NCBI GenBank assembly: GCA_976551045.1
Contig: CDPCPM010000074.1
Span: forward strand, 6,076,001 to 6,140,000
Direction: 5' to 3'
Length of the DNA stretch: 64,000 nt
From: Glaucostegus cemiculus
Taxonomy: Eukaryota
Shown: positions 47,154 to 60,344 of the stretch, in pieces
How the letters are laid out: each line of letters opens with the position of its first letter
Position numbering within the stretch: the stretch's first letter is position 1
Position numbers and translations under genes: made by a program
Notes under the pieces: generated by a model
The model's database searches: none
Seen by the model: only the letters and a program-made list of their open reading frames with translations
Told to the model about the DNA's origin: nothing

Positions 47154-50100
47154 CCGTATTTTACATCTGCATGTATCACCAGTTTTTATTTATGAAACAA
47201 ACAGTAGCTGTGAAAAATTTAATTAGCCAGGTCGTTAATTTAATTTACCTGACATTCCAGGGAGTACTGCAGTCACATTGAAGTTTGTCATTCAGCTCAT
47301 CTGCATCTATTCATTGAAACTCAGAATTCAGCGACAAGTTGGAAGACAGATGCTGAAACATCTGGCCTCCTATACCACCACTGGATTCATTGGTGCTGAA
47401 GAGAAGGGCTAGATGTGAAATGTAACAGGGACGGCTAGATTGTGGAGGTTTGCTCAGGTATAAAAATTAGAAGCTGACCCTGTCAGATCCCCCCAGGTTT
47501 GGGGTGTCACCAAGCTGTACAATGAAGCTGCACACTGGGAAATAGGTATCCCTTCCTGTACTGTCTGCACTCTGCCTTATGTGACCTACAGCACTGAAAC
47601 CTTACAGCATTTCTTTGTAAATGGCTTGCTGGGCCCAATTCAACCTAAGTTTGAAGGCTTGCAGATTATTCAATATTTGATCGACATGAACCTGGAACGC
47701 ATGACTGAGTTTTGTCGGGTATGGATTGGATAGCCAAGCTCGAGTGGCAGCTCAGGCAGACTTCCATTTCCAAATCTGGTTAGTGCAAGTGGATGGGCAC
47801 CACAGGAGGTAAGGTTGAGTAGCAGGCAGGGATTTATTCAATCCAGCCCATTGCTTTTCATTCAAAAAATCCACAGGACATCTGAAGACAAACTAGTGGG
47901 ACTGTAGGGAAGTAACAGACACACATCAGCAGTTTACAACATACTCAGAGCGAAGGATATAAGCAGCAAGATTGGAAACTCATATGAACAGATGTTGTTG
48001 AATGTGATAACCTATTCATTGATGCACGTGCCAAGTTAATATTTCAAGTGAAGACTAGAGGAAAGTTCAAAGTTATGTATATCAGATGGTCTGCCAACAT
48101 AAGTAAACTGAAACTCTGTGAAGTGTTTTATCACGCGGTCAAAGACATCAAAATGCTTTACACAATTATTTTTGAAGTGCTGTATGAGAAAATGTAAAAG
48201 CTCTTCTATGTAAATAAGCATTGAATCAATTCCTCCCTCATTTAATTTTGTATACAGTAATACCAACTACCTTTCCAATAAAATCCCTGAATGACTGTGC
48301 AGTTTGGTTTACTCTATTTATTTAGTGCAAAGGTTTTTGACTTTACGGGTGAATATTTAATGGAGGTACATTTTCGTATTCATAATTTGGAAGTAAATTC
48401 TGAATATGTATCAAACACTCAATGATGCAGGAAGAATCATAGTTATAGAATCAGACATTTTCAAATGAATGGATTCAGTGTGTTATTCAGATGTTGGGTT
48501 TTGTGCTGTTCAAATGCAATTTCTGCCTCATGACCACACAATTTTTTTTTGGTTGAATGATGCCTTCAGCTGTTTCTCAGAGCTTTGTTACACATCCTTA
48601 TGGTGCAGAACACAGACTCTGATCCATTTATCCTGAGGGAGGTTGCAGGAAATTCCCTAATCCAACCAGGACACTAGAACCTCAGTTTAAGATTTGGCTA
48701 AAAACAGAGTATTGTGTGGTTGCCCCACCTGAAGAACGACGGAAAGAGTGCAGAAACGTTTTACCAATAATACTCCAGGGATGAGGGACTTTAATTGTGA
48801 TGATAAACTGGAGTAGGTTTATCAGTAGCTAAGTATCTTAAAGGAAAGAATATACAGGGCCATGGTAAGACCAGATCCAGCTGTACCACTCTTACAGAGC
48901 CAGTATGGAGTGAATGACCCACCTTCTCTGCTTAGTAAATCTGTGATTTACAATGTGATCCATGATTTCCTGATGACCCCATGACTCTCACCACAATAGA
49001 CTGTGAATCCCAGAACAATTGGATCCTTCAAGATTGAAATAGATAGATTTTTCTTGAATAAGAGCCTTAAGGAATGGAGCAAAGCTTCTGATATTTCTAG
49101 GTTTCCATATTGTACTTGCACAGCTGAAGCATGGGAGGTGCAGCGATTTGGAAACCAGGAATATGTGATATCTTCATCCTTTACATCCTCCTGAAATGAT
49201 GATGGATGGGTGTGTCTCAGAAGAAAGCATTGTGACAGCAACCAGCCAAACTGGGCCTGTCTTCCCCGAAACTTCAGAGGTGGTCACATGACAACTGACA
49301 AAAGGTCTTGGAGCCTTCTGTTTGTCCATTAAAGCAATCAATGATTGTAGCATCATAGTGTCACAGAGTCAGAGTCACAGAGAGACACAACACAGAAATA
49401 GGCCTTTCGACCCACTGAGTCCATGTTGATCATCACACTCTCATTTTTAATCTGGACATCATATAAGCCAGTCATTGCTTTAAATCCAATGGCTCCCTCA
49501 CCGGGAATGTAATACACTCTCTGGTTAAGAGGATGTCCATGACCTGCTCTATGATACAAGCTGGGGCATGAATATTGAGAACAGTGGTGGACTTTGGCAA
49601 CTGCTGGTTAATCGCAATCAACTCCTGCTTAGTGAGGTGTGATTGTCTGTGGAACTCTTGTTCTGAACCTTTCAGAAAAGAAATTCTCCTTATAGATCCA
49701 ATATGTGCATGACCTTCCATGATTGATTCTAACCTCTGCTGTGCTTTAACCAGCCCACCTGCAATTAGTCTTGGTTACTCAGACATGATGCTCCATCTTC
49801 TCAACCACCCAATCACATTGAGCAGGAAATGAATAGTCATGAGAGGTAGAAATTTATTGCCACAAATTTTTGGAGCCCCAAATCACAATTGGGAGGTGCA
49901 GGAGGCAGGAGCTGGGACTGAGGTCTAAGATTCAGAAGATCAAAGATTCAAGAGATGGTAGGGTGGAAATGGGTGGATGGGACGTGGTAGAGCATGGAAT
50001 TGATTGGGAGATCACAATCCTAGATGTTTGGGACATCAGAGGCCTGGGAGGGACAGAGGTTGTTGGAGTCAGAGGGTAGTAGTGTTCGGAGGTCAAAAGC

Positions 50101-50169
50101 ATGGATGGTATTTTAAAAAGAATTGCAAAGCCTTAAATCATCTTGGTAATACAATAATCAGAAATACAC

Positions 50170-50870
50170 AGAGATACATAATTCCCTGAAGGTAGAGTCA
50201 CAGGTAGACAGGGTTGTAAAAAAAGGCTTTTGGCATCCTGGCATTTATAAATCAAAGTATTGAGTATAGGAATTGGAATGTTTTGGTGAGGTTGTATAAG
50301 TCATTGGTGAGACCAAATTTGGAATATTGTGTGCAGTTCTGGTTGCTGAACTACAGGAAGGATGTCAGTAAGATTGAAAGAGTGCCAAGGAGATTTACTA
50401 GAATGTTGCTAGGTCTTCAGGAGTTGAGTTACAGGGAAAGATTGAGCAAAGTTAGGACTTTATTCCTTGGAGCAGAGAAGAATGGGGGGAGATATGATAG
50501 AGGCTTACAAAATTATAAGGGGCATAGACAGAGTTAAAGCAAGTAGGCTCTTTCCACCTAGATTAGGAGAGATAACTACAAGAGGACATGGCTTTAGGGT
50601 GAAAGGGGAGAGGTTTAGGGGGAAATTTAGGGGGAACTTCTTCACTCAGAGTGGTGGGAGTGTGGAATGGGCTGCCATCTGATGTAGTAAATGTGGGCTC
50701 ACTCTTAACTTTGAAGAGTAAATTGGATAGATACATGGACGAGAGAGGTCTGGAGGGATATGGGCTGGGTGCAGGTAAATGGGACTAGCAGAATAATGTT
50801 TCAGCACAGACTAGAAGGGGCGAATGGCCTGTTTTCTGTGCTGTAGTTTTCTATGGTTCTATGGTTCTAT
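50170..50870 (+). mobile_element. CR1-clade LINE 3' region, relatively well preserved
   Basis: ORFs 50283-50537 and 50467-50682 (LYKSLVRPNLEYCVQFW..; GDMIEAYKIIRGIDRV..TRGHGFRVKGERFRG), frameshifted; (TTCTATGG)n tail. Confidence 0.93.
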
Positions 50871-51004
50871 AATTTAATCCAAATGATTGCAGGTGACTGC
50901 CATTTTACATATCATGCCAGACATATCTGTCTGATTTTGAGGCCATTATGAGGTTGTACAGAATGGGTTGATCTCTGGGCAACATTTCTGGCATATCCAG
51001 ATAA

Positions 51005-51405
51005 AATATTCTTTTTATCTTTCATAAATAAACTTAATTCATAATAAAAAATATATACAAAAGATGAAACAGTGCAAAATGTTTAATGTTCATGGTCATT
51101 GCATTCAGTGGTGTAAACTTATTTTTTAAAAACCATAGCACCATTGCCACTTATGTGACTGCCTGGAGTGATGCACCATTGCATTGTTTGAAGGGCTCCC
51201 CCCCCCCCCACCGCCAGCTCAGCCTGTTCATGTGCAGTAGTGGAAGGAGCCCAGACTGTGGTCCTTCCCCATGGAAACCTTGCATTGGCTGCCCCGAGCT
51301 TCAGTGCATCCCTCAGCACATACTCCTGCAGCATGGACTGTACCAGTTGGCAGTATTACCTTACAGACATCTCGCTGTGCTGGAAGACCAAAAAGTTTCA
51401 GGTAA
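51005..51405 (-). mobile_element. Tx1/L1-clade LINE 3' end
   Basis: Minus strand NFLVFQHSEMSV..CQLVQSMLQEYVLRDALKLGAANARFPWGRTTV, resembling a Tx1-like ORF2 C-terminus, followed by an AT-rich 3' UTR. Confidence 0.7.
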
Positions 51406-51784
51406 AATAACAATGATGTCCCAGTGACATCAAACAACATGAATATTTTTAACATGTGCAGGCCAGTTTCAGGTTAATATGATTCTCAGCCATCGGTTGG
51501 GTTGGGTTGTGACGGCAGAGTTCACAGCAAGAACAGGGTAGTGAAAGGATTCCTCCAGTCTTCCCACTTATCATTCCTGCCATGCCAAAACTAGTTAAAA
51601 GCTGAGACTGCAGAGCCAGTGCATGAACTCCTCACTGGCATCCAATAACTGGGTCGCGCCTCAATCAGCATGCTTCTCTGAGCATCATTGTCCCTAGCTA
51701 TGAATCTGGTACAAAATCAGGACAAGTGCGCCTTTGTGGCACATGTTTTTGCATTGGCTTTCTCTGGCTCCTGACCAACCAACT

Positions 51785-52090
51785 GTGACACACAGTAGTG
51801 TAGTGGTTAGCATAATGCTATTACAGCACCAGCGACCTGTGTTCAATTCCCACCACTGTCAGTAAGGATTATGTACATTCTCCCCATGTCTGCGTGGCTT
51901 TCCTCTGGGTGCTCCGGTTTCCTCCCACTTTCGAAAGATGTACAAGTTAGGGGCTGTGGGCATGCTTTGCTGATGCCAGAAGAGCAGCAACACTTGCGGG
52001 CTGCCCCCAGCACATTCTCAGTAATGCAAAAGGATGCATTTCACTGTGAGTTTCGATGTATATGTGACTAGTAAATAAATATCTAAATAA
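51785..52090 (+). mobile_element. V-SINE subfamily with Rex1/Babar-like tail
   Basis: TAGTGTAGTGG A box, GTTCAATTCC B box, core CTCCGGTTTCCTCCCAC; tail GCATTTCACTGTGAGTTTCGATGTATATGTGACTAGTAAA. Confidence 0.9.
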
Positions 52091-52299
52091 GTCTCTATTA
52101 TCTAAACATTTAACATATGATGATGCACTTGGCAAAAAAATGAAGATAAGAGCATCATTCCAGTGACAAACTTGCCCTTGTTGAGGGGTTATAACAAGAG
52201 ACAAACATCTGGACATGGTATTTTTCAAATTGTTACTTAAAACAACCCTATTTGAAGAAACTTCTTCTACCCTTCCCAATTCAAAGAAAGGATATCACA

Positions 52300-52692
52300 T
52301 AGTCCCTGGAGCACAGGAGGCTGAGAGGTGACCTTATAGAAGTTTATAATATCATGAGCGAGATAAGGTGAATAGCCAAATCCATTACCCCAGGATAGGG
52401 GAGTCCAAAACAAGAGGTCAGAGGTTTAAGGTCAGAGGGGAAAGATTTGAAGGGGACTTGAAGGGAAACTTTTTCATAGGGAAGGTGGTGGGTCTGAGGA
52501 ATGAGTTACCAGAGGAAGGGGTAGGTGCAGGTACAATTACAATGTTTAAAAGATATTTGGACAGGTAGATGGATAGGAAAGATTGAGATGGATATGGGCC
52601 TAATGCTGGCAAATGGGACTAGCTCTGGTTGGCAAGTTCGTCAGCAGGTACGAGTTGGGCTGAAGAGCCAGTTTCCATGCTGTATATGACTA
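52300..52692 (+). mobile_element. CR1-clade LINE 3' region
   Basis: RRLRGDLIEVY..ESKTRGQRFKVRGERFEGDLKGNFF..NELPEE..FKRYLDR. Confidence 0.92.
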
Positions 52693-53724
52693 AATAAATG
52701 GGCAAGGCTTTCTGTGAATTAATATCTATATTTTGGAACCTTTATGTCTATTTTATTTTTTAATTGTTCTAATAGCCGCAAGGAAAATCATAGCAAGACA
52801 GAACTTATGAACCTCAGACAACATTTCCATCAGGCTGTGAGATGTGGGGGATTGGACTTTGTGGGGAGGGCGTTACTGAGGGTCAGGGAATCAAAGATCA
52901 GAAAACATCAGAGCGAAGGCAGGTAGAAGTAGGGACTGGGAGGTGGGAGGGCAGGAGGGGGCTGGTCAGGAGATTGCAAGCCCAGAAGAGTGGGAGGTCA
53001 GAGGCCAGGATGCTAGAGGATGTTTGGGTTAAAGGCAGAGAGTGTTGGTAAACTGGAGACTAGAGGTTCTAGAAAAGATGGGCAGGAGTGTCAGGAGATC
53101 AAAGGGTTTGCCAGGTATGAGGCTGTGGGAAATGGGTTGGTAGAGGTAGGCATAAGTTACTGGAGGGTGCAGATAACTACAGCTTCCCAGGTCTTTTGTG
53201 AGTGAGTTGCCATGCAGATAATGAACCTGTTATCTTAATACACAAAAGTCTTATGCACGAAGCTTGCAAGAAAACGTCAGTGGATTTCTCATGTTCAACT
53301 GCTGTAACTTTGACAGAATATTTGCAGAAATCCTAAGGAAATGACATAAGTGCCTAAAAGCAGGAGTTTTGATTACTTCCCCTGGTGTGCATTTTTGCTG
53401 ATCTTGCACTGAAGTTGCAGAAAAGATCAGGACAAAAGCAATGACATTCCAGGTTTATACTTCCAGTAACCACCTCTCCACCTATAAATCCATGAGAACT
53501 TTCCTTAGGCATACGCCAGCACTGGGAAACGGTGGCTACATTGGATACCATCTACAAAAAGCACTGCAGAAACTTGGAAAGGCTTCTTCAAATGCCCCTC
53601 CCAACTCCACAGCCTCTATTAATGTAAAACTCCTTCAATCTGGGGCATTGGTGCTATCGGATGTTATTTCATTAATGCCCCATCACATATTTAATTCAAT
53701 TTTTCTTTAAATGTTACACAGTAC

Positions 53725-53995
53725 GGTGATAAGCTTGTTGAACAGTTCCCTTATATGATGAGATAGACCTCGCAATCTACCTTATTTGACCTTACTGTCT
53801 ACCTGCAATGCCCTTCCCTGTAGCTGTGACACTTTATTCTGTATTCTGTTATTGTTTTTACCCTGTACTACCTCAGTGTACTCTGCACTACCTCAATGCA
53901 CTGTGTAATGAATTGATCTGTACAAATGGTATGCAAGACAAGTTTTTTACTGTACCTCAGTACAAGTGATAATAATAAACTAATACCAATGCCAA
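53725..53995 (+). mobile_element. Rex1/Babar-type LINE 3' UTR
   Basis: Similar to 8215-8497, including ACTGTACCTCAGTACAAGTGATAATAATAAAC. Confidence 0.88.
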
Positions 53996-54304
53996 CAGTA
54001 AAATAATAAATTTTACAGTGAACCCTAATTTCAAGGTGAGTGTGGATAACAAGGCCCTGATAAAAAGAGAACATGGGAATCAGAACCAGCTAAGTTTCAA
54101 GGGACCAGCTGAGTTTAAGAGAACATGGGAAGGGAATGCAGGGACCTTGGCACTGGCAAGTGGAAGTGGAGCCCGGGAACTAAGGTCCTGTTGAGTAGAG
54201 GGAGTAAATGTTTTGGGAGGTAAATGGGATGTTAATCAAGCAGGCTGCTTCTGCTCAAGTGATTTTGGCCTTCTTGAATGTATCTGTGTAACACAGATAA
54301 CAGC

Positions 54305-54650
54305 ATGAGGATAAAACAGCAGGCAGTAGATAAAACTGTTTCACAGCTTTAACGACCCACATTCAGTCCTGGCTTTGTGTGCTGTCTGTGTGAAGTTAGT
54401 TCATTCTCCCGATGAACGCCTGGGTTTCCCTCCAATGCTCTGGCTCCTCCCACATCTCATAGAGGCCCTGGTAGGTTAATTACCCCTGTAGTAAGTAAGT
54501 GGCAAAAGCATCAAAGAGGTTCTGATGGGCATGTGAGAAAGAATGTATTGTAGGTCTATTTGGAAACAAGGAGAGGGGAGTAGGACTCATGCTGGAAGCT
54601 GGCATGGATCTGATAGACCAAAGGGCATCCATCTGTGTTGTAATAAGTAT
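54305..54650 (+). mobile_element. Old V-SINE
   Basis: GTGCTGTCTGTGTGAAGTT..TGGGTTTCCCTCC..CTCCCACATC; middle region resembles 21675-22026. Confidence 0.75.
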
Positions 54651-54727
54651 GAAGAAAGTCAGTGGTTAATCCACTACAATATAATATCAGATAGAGAGGA
54701 AGAGAGGTCAAAGGAGAGGTTGAATTG

Positions 54728-55115
54728 TTTCCTATAGAGCCCTGGAGTCTGAGGTGTGAACTGATCAAAGTGTATAAAATAATGAGAGTCATGGATAAGG
54801 TTGATGGTCAGAAATATCAAATATTAGAGGGTGTAGCTTTAAGGTGAGGGTGGAAAGTTTAAAGGAGATTTGCAAGGCAGGTTATTGTTTACACAGAGAG
54901 TGGTAGGTGCCTAGAGTGCGCTGCCAGGAGAAGTGGTAGAAGCAGATACCATAGCAATGTTTAAGAGGCATTTAGCTAGATACATGAAGAAGTAGGAAAT
55001 AGTGGAATATGAGCCATGTGCAGGCAAACAGGCAGATGAGATTGATTGGAATGGCATCATGGTTGGTACAGAAGTGGTGGGCCATAGGGCCTGTTCCTGT
55101 GCTGTCTATTCTATC
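54728..55115 (+). mobile_element. CR1-clade LINE 3' region
   Basis: LR.ELIKVYKIMR.MDKVD..FTQRVVGA..LPGEVVEADTIAMFKRHL; GGGCCTGTTCCTGTGCTG tail. Confidence 0.9.
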
Positions 55116-56515
55116 TTCCAAAATAATCATAATTAGCAGAGCTAGCAGTTGAAATGGGCAAAAAAAAGTCCTGTTAAGGCAACAGACAGTTTAAAGAAGA
55201 CAGAAGTAATGACTGCATACTTCAATGGCTCCAACATTGATAGGGAGGCAGGGACAATTCAGGGAGGGGTAATACAGGCATATGGTGGTGATGGGGTCAC
55301 AGCCTTAATAACAGAACCTCTTTCAACTAAGTCATTGATCTGTCCTGTCTGACTGGATGGGTGGTGGTTAGGAGCAGAACTTAATGGCATAAGAGGCTGA
55401 GGAAAAGATCTTTCAGCCTCTGTGTCTGCTGCACCATTCAATAAGATCATGGCTGATCTTTTAGCTCAGCACCATTTTCCTACACCAACCTTATCTCTTC
55501 TTCCTTCCCTGCATTCTGTACTGGTCCTCAGTCTCCTCCTCAGAAATAGGGAGCAAGCAACCATTCGCTGGGAATTCAACAACAGCCTTGCATTTTCTTT
55601 GTTGCATGCAGTTAAAGATTTCTCAGTGATCCCACAGGCCCCAGGGCTATCAGAGGTGGGGCTGGCTCTCATTCAGGGCAAAGCATAAAACAAAAATTCT
55701 GCTCCATATATCACACAAGAAATTTTGGAACATGGAACATCAAGACATTTATTCCCCTGCTTTTTCCCCAACTAGTTCCCTGCTATTTGAGTTCATAGTA
55801 ATGGTCCTCATACAGATGCTGTTCTGTTAGCTTAATAAGCTTGCTTTCTTGGCAAGGATTATCTGACAGATTGCAGGTTGCATGCAATCATGGAAACTAA
55901 TGTTCCAACAATTTTGTGTTTTCTAATTTTGCTGGAAAAATATGATCATTGTAAAGTAATGGAATGTCAGAATGAAAGGAGAATTATTCTTGTTTAGTGC
56001 TGCTTCAGTTATCCTAACCTTCACAGAAAGGTAAAATTTATAGCATTAATGGATGAAAGGCCAACTTAACTGATTAAGGTATAGTTATATATTTTTAAAG
56101 TAGATTCTGTGAAAGATTGCACTGTCAACAATGGGAAATATTTCCATGAAGATTTCACTGGGGAAATAATGAGCAATTTAAAGCTACAAATGCTCCACTA
56201 CTGTGGTTACCAGAATCCTTGAACAAACTTGTTCTTAGCTTAATCTTTTCAATATTAATATTTGGACAAACCTAGTCTCCACTGAGTAACAATACATGCA
56301 ACTGCGGACCACTGTGAAGGTGTGACTTCATTGAACATGTTATACCTTCATTGAATAAGGTAGCACTAGAACAAAATGGGTATCCATGGTGATTCAGATA
56401 ATGAAGAGGACATTGCTGGTTACAGCTTAAAAAGGACAGTGTACGGGTGTAGACAGCAGATGTGGCTACATATGTATTTGACCTTTTATGTATAACCACC
56501 TCCCTCTCCACCACC

Positions 56516-56865
56516 TGTGTATAAAATCATAACAGGCATAGATAGCGTGAACACGCGCAGTCTTTTTCTCAAGGTTGAGGAATCAAGAGCTAGAGGGCAT
56601 AGGTTTAAGGTGAGAGAAGAGAGATTTAATAGGGATTTGAGGGGAAGCTTATTCACCCAGAGGGTAGTCAGTATATGGAATGAGCTGCCAAATGAAGTGG
56701 CTCAGGCAGGTATATTAATAACATTTAAAAGGTACTTGGACAAGTACAAGGTTTAGAAGGATACAAGGGCAAATGGGACCAGCTTAGATGGGAATCTGGT
56801 TCAGCTTGGACCAGTTGGGCTGAAGGTCCTGTTGCTACTCTGTATAAATCTATGACTCTATGACT
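56516..56865 (+). mobile_element. CR1-clade LINE 3' region
   Basis: ORF 56517-56756 YKIITGIDSVN..RARGHRFKVREERFNRDLRG..FTQRVVSIWNELP. Confidence 0.92.
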
Positions 56866-56965
56866 GTAGCACCTCTGAAGATATTTCACAAAGGACAGAA
56901 CAGGTACTGAGAAGTGACGGATAACTTAATATAGATGAATGATTGTGAAGTTGTAGTGTTTTAGG

Positions 56966-57306
56966 GAGATTCAGCACAGAAACAGTCTCACTGAGTCCAT
57001 ACTGGCCATCAACTACCCACTTACACTAATCCGACATTAATTCCACTTTTATTCTCTCCACAGTCCTGTCAGTTCCCCAAGATCCTACCACTCACCTACA
57101 CACAAGGGAAAATTTACAGTGGCCAATTAACACACCAAACCACATATCTTTGGGATGTGGGAGGAAACCAAAGCATCTGAAAGAAACCCATGTGGTCACA
57201 GGGAGAGCATGTAAACTCCACACACACAGCATCAAAGGCTGTGACTGAACCCAGGGTCTCTGACCCTGCGAGGGAACAGCTATACTAGCTGTGCTACTGT
57301 GCTGCC
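56966..57306 (-). mobile_element. HE1-like V-SINE
   Basis: AATTTACAGTGGCCAATTAAC..TTTGGGATGTGGGAGGAAACC..AAACTCCACACAC..CTGTGCTGCC. Confidence 0.9.
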
Positions 57307-59377
57307 AAAGATTTTTCTGAGGACAGAGAGACAAGTGTCAAATGAGAAGGAGATATAAGGCTCTACATCAATAAAGACAGGCTGAGGCAAAAGAGGTCCT
57401 ATGCTGGACTGGAGAAAATAGCAGGAGGACAGATGAGGGTCGAACCATGAGATTTGTGATGAGATTTGTGGAGAACAACCAGCGTGTATTCACTGGATAA
57501 CTGCTGAGGGTTCATCTTCAGAGCTGCAGTTAGGCTTGTCATACAAACTGTGCCTGAGTAAGAACACCCTGTTCTTATTCTGCTCCAGTTTTTATTCCCT
57601 TCACTGACTTAGCTTGTGTGTAAATGGTGGCCATTTGCAGGGTGGGCTGTCAGTTGCCAGTGAAATAACTGTCAAGTCATAAGTCCAAACTCTGAGTGGT
57701 TAAGAGGGATAAAAGTGTACTGAGACCTGCAGGACTGAAAAGACACTGACAGTAAGATATTGATTTATGCCACACAAGTTGTATAGATCTTCTTCAGAGG
57801 ATCAATGTGAAGCCTCTTATGTTAAGACAAATACTCTTTCTACATTTGCCGAAAACATAAATAAGGAGGTCAAATAGTACAGGGTCAGTCTAAATTGGGC
57901 AGAAGAACAGGTTTGGAAAACAATTCAGCAAAGTACTTTAACCTCTTCTTGGATCGTTTGATCTTCCATTTGGACCATTTCATTCACGTGGAAGATTTTC
58001 CCATTAAAAAGCAAAGCAATCTTCGTCTATTATTTTGTCCTTTGCATACCTTGTAATTGTCAGGAATTAGCTCTTTTTTCACCCTTTGATACAAATGGTT
58101 TTCCACTTGAAACCAGGCTGAATCCAGAAGTTGAGATGTTGCCTAGTGACTGATGAGTGGACAGGAACAAAACCATGAACAATAACTTTAAAAGGATTAG
58201 TATTCAGAGCTCTAGCCTCAGGATGCTGTTACTTAAACTGAGTGAGGAAAAAGCAGAATAGCAGCATGTTTATAGGAGAGTTAGAAATTCCACCATATGG
58301 GCAATTACACCTCTAATCTGAGTTTTAAATGCCAAACGCCTGGGTCTTAGGTGTGACAGATGTAGCCTTGTGATAAAATTACCTTTGTAATTTTAGTTTG
58401 TTGATGGCATTTCAGAATTGGCTTTACAATTATGCCTGTGATAAGGTGTAGATATGTCTCTTATAAAATAGCTTTGTTCCAGAAGATACATTTAATGTTT
58501 GCCATGGTGTGTAATTAAAATCCATTGGAATGTTTGCCACAGTGATATTCCCATATCCCACGACCAAATCTGATTAACAAATCTGATCAATTTTGTTGTT
58601 TGGTACTCACGTAATATTTTTCAAATTATTAGCTGGTCCATTATCACTTAAAAATCCCATTGCTAAGCAGTCAATCCATTTTCAGCTCAGGATTCTCCTT
58701 TGCCTTCAAGAGAATGTTTCTTTTCGTGGGAAGTTTGCCATCTTAAAGATGTTACAGCATGGTCAAAACTGTTCATAAACTGTCAAACTCCTATTATCAA
58801 GGAATATAGGTTTGTAGTCCATATGGCAAGGTAAGAAGTCCAGGCTGAAAGAGAACAGGAAAGAGGACAAGATAAATAAAGCAGCATTGCTTAAGTGGTG
58901 CCAAACTTCAATCTGTGAAAGCCTGTGTATTACAGCGAAAAGGGAGGCTGATCTGATGCAGTTGAAATGGATTAATTGGAATCATTTTCTTGGATTCTTT
59001 CTAACTGCTATCAGTCATTCTCAGTGTAGAAAACAGCAGGCTGTAATCCATTATGCTTTCTGGCTTGCAATGTGGTATTTCATGAAGATGCATTTCCACA
59101 AGCGCGAAACTTTGCTGAATTGCACAATGTTTGCTTCAGTGTGAATCAAGTGCCTGTGGCAGATATACTGGCAAAACCACAGAGGCGGCAAGATTACATT
59201 GGCATCAAATTGAGAGGAACAAAATCTTGGCAGCATCAATATCTAATTATCATAAGAAAAAATAGCTGCAAAGCATCAACAGATGTTTGAGTATCTATTA
59301 AATATTTTAAGTATGAGAATAGAATAAACAATTAACCCTTCCCTCAGTTGAAGGTGAATAATATCTCATATCTTATG

Positions 59378-59998
59378 ACATAGAAAAGGGCCATTTGGCC
59401 CATCAAGTCATGTTGACATTCCTATCAGTCCCATTCGCCCATTTATTTCCTCTCGGCCATTCTCTCCCTCATGTGCATCAACCGTTCCCAGTTCTCCTGC
59501 CACTGACTTACACTAAGGGTAATTCATAATGACCAATTCTCCTACCAACTAGCATGACTTTGGGAAGTGAGGGGAAAGCAGAGCATCTGGGGAAATACAG
59601 GCAGTCACTGTGAGAATGTGCAAACTCCACACAAACAGCACCCAAAGTCAGGATCAAACCTAGGTCACTGGAGTTCTGTCATAGAGTCATAGAGAAATAA
59701 AGCACAGACACAGGCCCTTCAGACCACCAAGTCAAACTAACCATCAACCACCCATTTATACTAACCCTAAATGAATCACTTTTTCTTGTCTTGCACATCA
59801 TCATCAACTCCTCTACATACTAGGGGCAAGTTACAGTAGCCAATTAACCTTTGAACCCACACATCTTTTGGATATGGGAGGAATCCCATGAGGTCACAGG
59901 AAGAATATACAAACTCTACGGCATCCGAGGTTCGGATTGAACCCAGGTCACTGGAGCTGAGAGGCAGCAGCCCTGCTAGCTCTGTCACTGTGCCGCCC
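59378..59998 (-). mobile_element. Two adjacent HE1-like V-SINEs (about 59378-59675 and 59678-59998)
   Basis: Two successive tail-core-head units, each with a CAAACTC..GAACC(C/T)AGGTCACTGGAG-like segment. Confidence 0.85.
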
Positions 59999-60104
59999 AG
60001 GAATGAATGGTCTCAGCTGCATGAGGAGCAATGTTATCTATTGGACTATTATGCCACCTAATAAAATTAAGAACTCTGCAAAAAGGTACAGGATTACACT
60101 TCAT

Positions 60105-60324
60105 CAAGAACAAATAAAAAATGGCATTACCTTCAGATAACTGGTAAGATTCCTGTTTCTGGGGCAGAAGCTTGCAGAGACGTATTCATTTCTCACCCAT
60201 AGGGCAATCCCTCCAATAGTGCAGCACTCCTCGGGAACCATGCATACGTCCCTGCAAGCTTCTGCCCCAGAAACAAGAATCTTACCAGTTATCTGAAGGT
60301 AATGCCATTTTTTATTTGTTCTTG
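60105..60324. repeat. 81-bp inverted repeat (60105-60185 / 60244-60324), 58-bp spacer, 2 mismatches
   Basis: CAAGAACAAATAAAAAATGGCATTACCTTCAGATAACTGGTAAGATT.. and its reverse complement; a third, direct copy lies at about 60985-61108. Confidence 0.97.
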
Positions 60325-60344
60325 GAACAAAATATGGAAAGTGC

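Noticed and set aside
51005-51420. Target-specific Tx1 insertion into a small-RNA gene
   Set aside because: The flanks show no recognisable tRNA, snRNA or microsatellite target
52840-53170. Novel repeat family shared with the G-rich tract at 49880-50110
   Set aside because: Similarity is limited to low-complexity GGAGGTCAGAG-like words; no alignable block seen
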